DNA from: Octopus sinensis
Lineage: Eukaryota
Reading direction: 5' to 3'
DNA: 64,000 nucleotides
NCBI RefSeq assembly: GCF_006345805.1
Contig: NC_043012.1
Location: forward strand, 36,332,001 to 36,396,000
Positions 62,906 to 64,000 of this stretch are shown one piece after another (positions within the stretch are counted from its first letter, which is position 1; every line of letters starts with the position of its first letter). Position numbers and translations under genes: made by a program. The notes below the pieces were generated by a model. It was not told where the DNA came from. It saw only the letters and a program-made list of their open reading frames with translations, and did not search any database.

Positions 62906-64000
62906 CACTTGAAGGGAAAGGAGAAAAATATTAGTAATGTACTGTAGCCAAGAGTGTGTACGAGAGAGAGGGAGAGATTAGTATGGTACTGTAGCTGAGT
63001 GAGAGAGAGAGAGAGAGAGATAGTAATGTAGTGTAGCTGTTGTAGAGCTGGGCATCTCCAACAGATTTGTGTTTATACCTTAAAGAGGAAAAGGAGGAGA
63101 GAAGCAGACAGAGAGGGGATAACAATAAGAGAGTGGGGAAGAAGGTGAATAGAACAGCTGCCAAGCAGGGAGCATCTACCTGCTCTCTCGATTTGCTAAA
63201 AATAGCAGTCACATCTGACTTAAATCACATTCTATTGTTTTAGGAAGAGGACGAGCTGGGTTGTGGTGCATTTGTGCTGGGTTTGCTTCATATAGGACGA
63301 AAAGGGAAACAAAGGGAAACAAAGGTACTTTGATCATGTCTACTCAGTGAGAGCTGACCTGGGGTTAAACAACAATAACTCTACTTTTTTTATATCTTAT
63401 TTAGTCAGGAAGAGGAGGAGAAATAGGGCGAAGGAAGAGGAGAGAAAGACAGCCAGACAATCAGAGAGGAGAGACAGAGAGAGGGATGGGAAGAGGGAGA
63501 TGGAAGAGAGAGAGGGGCAGTCAGACAATCAGTAGTGTGTGTTTGTGTGTGAATGTGTGTGTGTTTATGTAGACATGTTTGTGTGTTGATGTGTGTTTTT
63601 TGATGTTTGTGTGTGTGTATGTTTGTGCATGAGAGTGTGCACGTGTGTATGTGAGAGTGTGAGTGTATGTTTGTTTGTGTGAGTGTGTTAGTGTGTGTGT
63701 GTTAGCATGTGTTTGTGCATGTGTGTTTGTGTCTGTGTGTGTGTGTGTGTGTTGCGTGTGTGTTTGTGTGTGTGTTTGTGTGTGTTTGCGCGTGTATGTA
63801 TGTGTTCGTGAGTGTGAGTATGTTTGTATGAGTGTGTTTATGTGTGAGAGTGTGTGTTTGTTTGTGTTTGTCTGTGTGTGTGTGTCTGTGTGTGTGTGTG
63901 TGTGTGTCTGTGTGTGTGTGAGAGAAAGAGAGAGAGAAAGAAAGAAATATAAGCAGAGAGAGGGAGAGGTAGTCAGACAGTCAGTTACATGTGTTTGTGT

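Noticed and set aside
62248-62934. Long ORFs (130-218 aa) on both strands; likewise 45504-45950, 49860-50177, 3854-4138, 8234-8464
   Set aside because: Translations of (TG/TA/CA)n microsatellites (VCVY/THIY repeats), not genes.
1-64000. CRISPR array, rRNA or prokaryotic operon
   Set aside because: No constant repeat with unique spacers and no rRNA-like sequence; spliceosomal gene structure shows this is eukaryotic DNA.

Overview
AT-rich, repeat-dense animal genomic DNA. The tRNA-derived SINE families and abundant (TA)n/(TG)n/(ATG)n repeats point to a coleoid cephalopod, probably Octopus (inference). Three protein-coding loci are present. (1) The last five coding exons of CFAP61 (+, 734-8084), with a 1-nt frame inconsistency at about 2246. 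(2) An intact, intronless ST13/Hip Hsc70 co-chaperone ORF (+, 15984-17108). (3) Exons 3-10 of SLC35B4, a UDP-xylose/UDP-GlcNAc transporter (-, 58255 to 31014); exons 1-2 lie beyond the right edge. The rest is SINEs, degraded LINEs (CR1/Jockey-type, RTE), a deleted mariner, TTAA and hAT-like MITEs, a Penelope-like GIY-YIG remnant and microsatellites. The most interesting signal is a short repeat joining a tRNA-like Pol III head to a Penelope-type minimal hammerhead ribozyme fold. It occurs as a TSD-flanked inverted dimer (35062-35501) plus a third copy (53333-53510), and all three copies have lost catalytic G12. All coordinates and alignments were read by eye; no searches were run.
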